From Candidatus Poribacteria bacterium (GTDB taxonomy: Bacteria; Poribacteria; WGA-4E; PCPOR2b): 64,000 nt of DNA. The position numbers were made by a program, and so were the translations under genes. Shown piece after piece: positions 60,701 through 64,000 of the stretch. Numbering within the stretch: position 1 is the stretch's first letter; each line of letters opens with the position of its first letter. The notes under the pieces were generated by a model. That model did not search any database. It had not been told where the DNA came from and saw only the letters and a program-made list of their open reading frames with translations. Location of the stretch: positions 5,376,001 to 5,440,000 of the forward strand of contig OZ220744.1 in NCBI GenBank assembly GCA_965116925.1, read 5' to 3'.

Positions 60701-61378
60701 TAGCGAAAATAGAATCTTGCCAATTGCTGTGCTACTCCACGACGACGCCATCGTCGGCGATGGTATATGGTGAATTTGCTCCATGAATTGCATGAGAAAA
60801 CCTCCTTTGAGTTTCTGGTTTTCCAAAAGCCTGCCGTAGCGTTCAGACAGTGCGTTCCCAAGTTGCTGACGTGCGCGGTACAATTTGCTCTTGACCGTGT
60901 TGACAGACACACCGAGAAATTCGGAGATCTCCTTCAACGAATTGTCGCCCATATAGAACATTGACACCGCAACTCGATTGTCATCGGGCAGCTCAGAGAG
61001 TGCCTGTTCCAGATCCACCCGCCAACCCTCTGTAGGAGTTGTGTGTGCCGGTTCGGTCCGTAAGGCATCGTCCGTAGCGTCCTCCAGCGCGGTTTCGCGC
61101 TGACGCGTTTTGATAACGCTCATCAGCTGGCGTTTGCACTGGTTGGACATGATCGTATAGAGCCAACTTCGGAACCGATGTGGCTGCCGGAGTTGATAGA
61201 GATGGTGATATGCCCGCCAGAAGACTTCCTGCGTGATATCCTGTGCATCCTCTTCGTTACGGACCTTCTGAAAGGCGTAGGCGTAGACCATATCCTGATA
61301 CTTGTGGACCAGCACTCCGAAGGCATCCCGATCGCCTGCCAATGTTTGGGACACTAACTTTTCATCGTCTGAACGCAT
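57740..61378 (-). CDS. ECF sigma-70 factor fused to TM, carboxypeptidase-regulatory-like repeats and a redoxin-like domain
   Basis: DAQDITQEVF..FRSWLY.I (sigma2), EISEFLGVSVNTVKSKLYRAR (sigma4), TM, G.V.D..G.P repeats, PAPEL..W..DLKGKTVALHFW. Confidence 0.9.
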   Translation of the reverse strand: MRSDDEKLVSQTLAGDRDAFGVLVHKYQDMVYAYAFQKVRNEEDAQDITQEVFWRAYHHLYQLRQPHRFRSWLYTIMSNQCKRQLMSVIKTRQRETALEDATDDALRTEPAHTTPTEGWRVDLEQALSELPDDNRVAVSMFYMGDNSLKEISEFLGVSVNTVKSKLYRARQQLGNALSERYGRLLENQKLKGGFLMQFMEQIHHIPSPTMASSWSSTAIGKILFSLVMAVCVLIGIARYGTDSSMSLSIDRIGIEETTEVILLTPIADATRTSIPVAPTQTENRPRTASSPTSEGQGRQLAARRATPGSAGEAQRSAVVADDGAEKLIFSGNVVDNNGVPVADAEVLYSVGDNSSEPATRTGIDGKFRFEFPRLELKRWDRVSIVATHPDHAIGWQSLQPQSTTDVKIQLATPGIISGRIMNEADEPIQNAEVRIQYLFSANWRPGVRGGGVGLGIDEIPSPPAKTDTNGLFVLRGLPENVKTNLEIKGPGYAQEMHFQVPVDTKGLEFRLKPEGRIEGHLTYADTGAPVKDASVALQGIHPTTGWGRANVDANGNYFLKNLPAGMYNLYLNKGPEGWTAVAKELIRVTEGQTVSKIDLTLVRGGFITGRVTDQDTNEPIVNHHISFHDAARPESQAAVHGTETDETGRYRFHAAPGRAKVYTSAPENYQNVGQIKKYVDVAETETVAVDFQFSKGIELMGRILAETGEPVVGARITDMQVWHKEYGISDKLGMFTVGGLQTGQSLNLKAEHSGLRLRGKAEVKVQPGASVEIQMEQYEQVKISGRVVNRAGEPMPSANISLMRWEPQLRRGRSRIVTVTDGNGWFREIGLIVGDEYVISAKAEGYREAKTETLTPTTEMTQIADLVLSPVGSQFFLEGRVTDTSGVPVRGARVLTQQSSELWEARTDKNGDYRLDGLSMAVIIELAINHPEYAHHQFKILKTNQHHDLVLVKADGYLTGKVVDVDGKPIERARMRVETEEESSSGYIYSGVRTNIYGEFELKHIKDPTVSIYAAKDQDYKTFKDIAVNQRDLVLTLTPPEPRPEPTPEKRAKREAERAYFKAVEERAETLVNQPAPELSIAEWLSGSPISIGDLKGKTVALHFWYSWDFDLHQVRLLDALQEVYREKGLVCITICPATAAVETVKRHIAEQSLSHSIALDQPTTIIGADGETFDRYAIRWPPIVLINTVGKITGHTWDDELEDQIQILLAD

Positions 61379-61448
61379 AACAATCTCCCGATCCAAAAAG
61401 CGAAAATAACAATGGTTCCTCAATGAAATGTGGAAACCATTTAATAAT

Positions 61449-61476
61449 TAGATACATTAAGTTGCTCGGAGGTTGC
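61449..61476 (-). promoter_or_regulatory. putative ECF-type promoter
   Basis: minus strand GCAACC-16 bp-TATCTA about 70 bp upstream of the ECF fusion start. Confidence 0.4.
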
Positions 61477-61557
61477 GCTGCAAAGAAAAAAAATCGGTTG
61501 GATTGTAATGGTTAAGGCGGCAACTTGATTGGAAGTTCTTTAGTAATGCCCGTTTGC

Positions 61558-64000
61558 TCAATCCGCGAGCAGTGCCTGAATCTTGCCCTCAAGATCATCG
61601 CCCCGGATATGTCCAGTGATTTCGCCTGCCGTATTAATCAGCACGAATGGAGTTGACCCTCCGATAGCGTATCGATCGAAGGTTTCGCCTTCCGCACCGA
61701 CGACTGTTGTTGACTGATCTAGCGCGATCGGGTGGGACACCGACTGTTCCGCTATATGTTGCTTGACTGTCTCAACCACTGTAGAGGCGGGGCAGATGGT
61801 GATACAGACAAGTCCTTTTTCTTGATAGACCTCCTGCAAGACATTCAGCAGGCGCACTTCATGAAGGTCAAAGCCCCCCAAACGCCAGAAATGCAGGGCA
61901 ACTGTCTTTCCCTTCAAATCCCCCATGGAAAGCGGGGAACCGGACAGCCACTCGGCAACACTCAACTCCGGTGCGGGTTGGTTCACCAAGGTTTTGGAGC
62001 GTTCCTTACAGGCTTGGGAGTATAACTGTTCTGCTAGCTGTTTGAAGGTCAGCCCGGGTTTTGATTCGGGCGGCGTTAAGGTTAAGACCAAATCGTTTTG
62101 ATTCACCGGTATATTCTCAAAGACTTTAAAAAAATTGAAGCCGGTCGCATCACTGACTATAATTGATACAATTGGATCTTTGATGTGCTTCAGTTCAAAC
62201 TCACCTTGTAGGTTGGTCAAAGCACTGGGGGAGTAGCGATAACCGGAGAAGGGATCTTCTTTGGCACTTATCGTCACCTCCACCTGCTCAGCAATTGGTT
62301 TTCCATCGGCGTCCACAACCTTCCCAGCAAGGGATCCATCTGCCTTGACCAGTACCAAGTCGTGTCGTTGGTTGGTTTTCAAAATATAAAATTCATGTTC
62401 CGTGTACCCCGGATGGTGAACATATAGGGTGAGGACAACCGCCATAGAAAGGTCTTCAAACCGATAATTACCGTTCTTATCGGTGTACCCTGACCAGTGT
62501 TGTCCACCCTGACTTATGTCCAACCGTGCAGCACGAACCGGCTTGCCAGAAGTATCGGTGACACGCCCTTCAATGAAAAACTGACCACCCGCCGGCAACA
62601 GAACGAGATCCGCGATTTGGGTCATCTCCGTTGTTGCGGTGAACTGCCCGGTTTCTGTCTCCCGATACCCTTCTGCTTCCACATGGATTTCGTATTCGGC
62701 GCCGACAATGAGCTCAATCTCCCGGAACCATCCATCGTCATCTGTCAGGGCAACAATTGTGCCGTATGCAGAGTATCCTTTAGGGGCCCAGTGCATCAGA
62801 ACCACGTCCACCAATCGCATCGGTTTTCCTTCAGGGTCGATCACTCGCCCGGAGACCTTGACCCGTTCGTAGGGTTTCATCCGAATCTCAACTGGTAACC
62901 ATGGCCGGACTACAATCTCTATCGTTCCGCGCAATCCCAATCCACCATGTTCTGCTTTGAGACCGAGTCTCTGCCCGGGTCGCAGTCCGCTAATAGTAAA
63001 CTCGCCCGATTCGTCCGATCTACCATACTCTGTATGCCGGTCCCGAACGTTAGCAATGCTCGCACCGGCGACCGGTTCACCAGCCTTTGTCAAAAGCCGA
63101 CCAACCAACTTGACCCCTCTCGAAAACTGGAAATCAACAACGACGGTTTCACCCTCAACGAAATGCACACGTCTCTGAATCTGTCCGATATTGAGAGCCC
63201 CAGTTCGTCCAAAACCTTGATAACCCACCGGTGGATTGGTGTGGACGAGTGCCCGACCGGGCGCAGCATCGAAGCGATAAGTACCGGTTTCATCGGTTAT
63301 CGTACGGTGATCCATCAATTGAGAGTCTTCCGGGCGGGCGGCATCGTTTAATCTGATAGGGTGGTTGGCGATCGGTTCGTTTGTTTCCTGATTGGTCACC
63401 CGCCCAGTGATGAAACCACTCTGGATCAGGGTCAGGTCTATGTTAGAAACGGTCTGCCCCTCGGCGACTGTAATGAACTCTTTGGCAAGGGCTGTCCATC
63501 CTTTTGGTCCGTGAGCAAGATAGAGATTGTACATACCGGGGGCAATGTTTTTCAGCAGATAATTTCCATTACTATCAACGTGTGCCTGTCCCCTCCCATC
63601 GGTCGGATAGATACCCTCAAGTACGACCCCCGCGTCCTTGACGGGTTTGCCTGTCCCCGCATAGGTGAGGCGTCCCTCAATCCTACTCTCCCGTTTCAAC
63701 CGGAATTCAAGTCCCTCTGTGCCGACCGGCACATTGTGGCGGTTCTGCTTTGCGTATCCTGGTCCTTGGACATCAAAACTGGTTGTCGCATTTTGCGGTA
63801 GGCTGCGGAGTACAAACTCTCCATTCGCATCGGTCTTGACGGGTTGGGGCAAAGCATAACGATCCAAATCATCTCCGTGTTCTCTTAGCATTGGGTTACC
63901 ACGGAATAAGGAGTGCATCAGTATCTCCGCATTCTGAATCGGCTTGCCTGCCTCGTTCATCACTTTACCCGAAATAATCCCCGGTGTTTCGAGTTGAATT
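61558..64000 (-). CDS. paralog of the 57740 fusion protein, 5' end outside the window
   Basis: colinear with the C-terminal two-thirds of 57740..61378; frame open to the window edge; sigma domain not visible. Confidence 0.88.
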   Translation of the reverse strand, partial: IQLETPGIISGKVMNEAGKPIQNAEILMHSLFRGNPMLREHGDDLDRYALPQPVKTDANGEFVLRSLPQNATTSFDVQGPGYAKQNRHNVPVGTEGLEFRLKRESRIEGRLTYAGTGKPVKDAGVVLEGIYPTDGRGQAHVDSNGNYLLKNIAPGMYNLYLAHGPKGWTALAKEFITVAEGQTVSNIDLTLIQSGFITGRVTNQETNEPIANHPIRLNDAARPEDSQLMDHRTITDETGTYRFDAAPGRALVHTNPPVGYQGFGRTGALNIGQIQRRVHFVEGETVVVDFQFSRGVKLVGRLLTKAGEPVAGASIANVRDRHTEYGRSDESGEFTISGLRPGQRLGLKAEHGGLGLRGTIEIVVRPWLPVEIRMKPYERVKVSGRVIDPEGKPMRLVDVVLMHWAPKGYSAYGTIVALTDDDGWFREIELIVGAEYEIHVEAEGYRETETGQFTATTEMTQIADLVLLPAGGQFFIEGRVTDTSGKPVRAARLDISQGGQHWSGYTDKNGNYRFEDLSMAVVLTLYVHHPGYTEHEFYILKTNQRHDLVLVKADGSLAGKVVDADGKPIAEQVEVTISAKEDPFSGYRYSPSALTNLQGEFELKHIKDPIVSIIVSDATGFNFFKVFENIPVNQNDLVLTLTPPESKPGLTFKQLAEQLYSQACKERSKTLVNQPAPELSVAEWLSGSPLSMGDLKGKTVALHFWRLGGFDLHEVRLLNVLQEVYQEKGLVCITICPASTVVETVKQHIAEQSVSHPIALDQSTTVVGAEGETFDRYAIGGSTPFVLINTAGEITGHIRGDDLEGKIQALLAD

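Overview
Bacterial chromosomal window. The WD40 proteins, C-type-lectin fusions, ECF-sigma/carboxypeptidase-regulatory fusions, PhyH-like dioxygenase and LivJ-like paralog array resemble sponge-associated Ca. Poribacteria (inference only). In order: SDR and GT2 genes; an rsbW-rsbV-rsbU partner-switch module with no sigma gene; a ~14 kb iron/heme region with Fur-like boxes (porin, imelysin, NUDIX, di-heme oxidoreductase, bfr, Rieske, IsdG-like, PepSY-TM, TonB-dependent receptor, ccsA-like, hmuY, hmuTUV); alternating secreted C-type-lectin and WD40 genes; an orphan TnpB/omegaRNA-like element with an intact IS200/IS605 right end and a structured 5' domain; porin and BCCT transporter; an RDD/SpoIIM/MoxR/DUF58 cluster; seven tandem LivJ-like lipoproteins without permeases, one split by an IS630; a DNase I-like lipoprotein; a 2-kb segment bounded by two MITEs with a shared 8-bp flank; and two paralogous fusions ending in a CxxC-less redoxin domain (one with an N-terminal ECF sigma, one running off the window). 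At least four MITE families are present, several carrying GTAG-type REP hairpins, and three insertions can be removed in silico to restore the host gene. No rRNA, tRNA or CRISPR array was seen.
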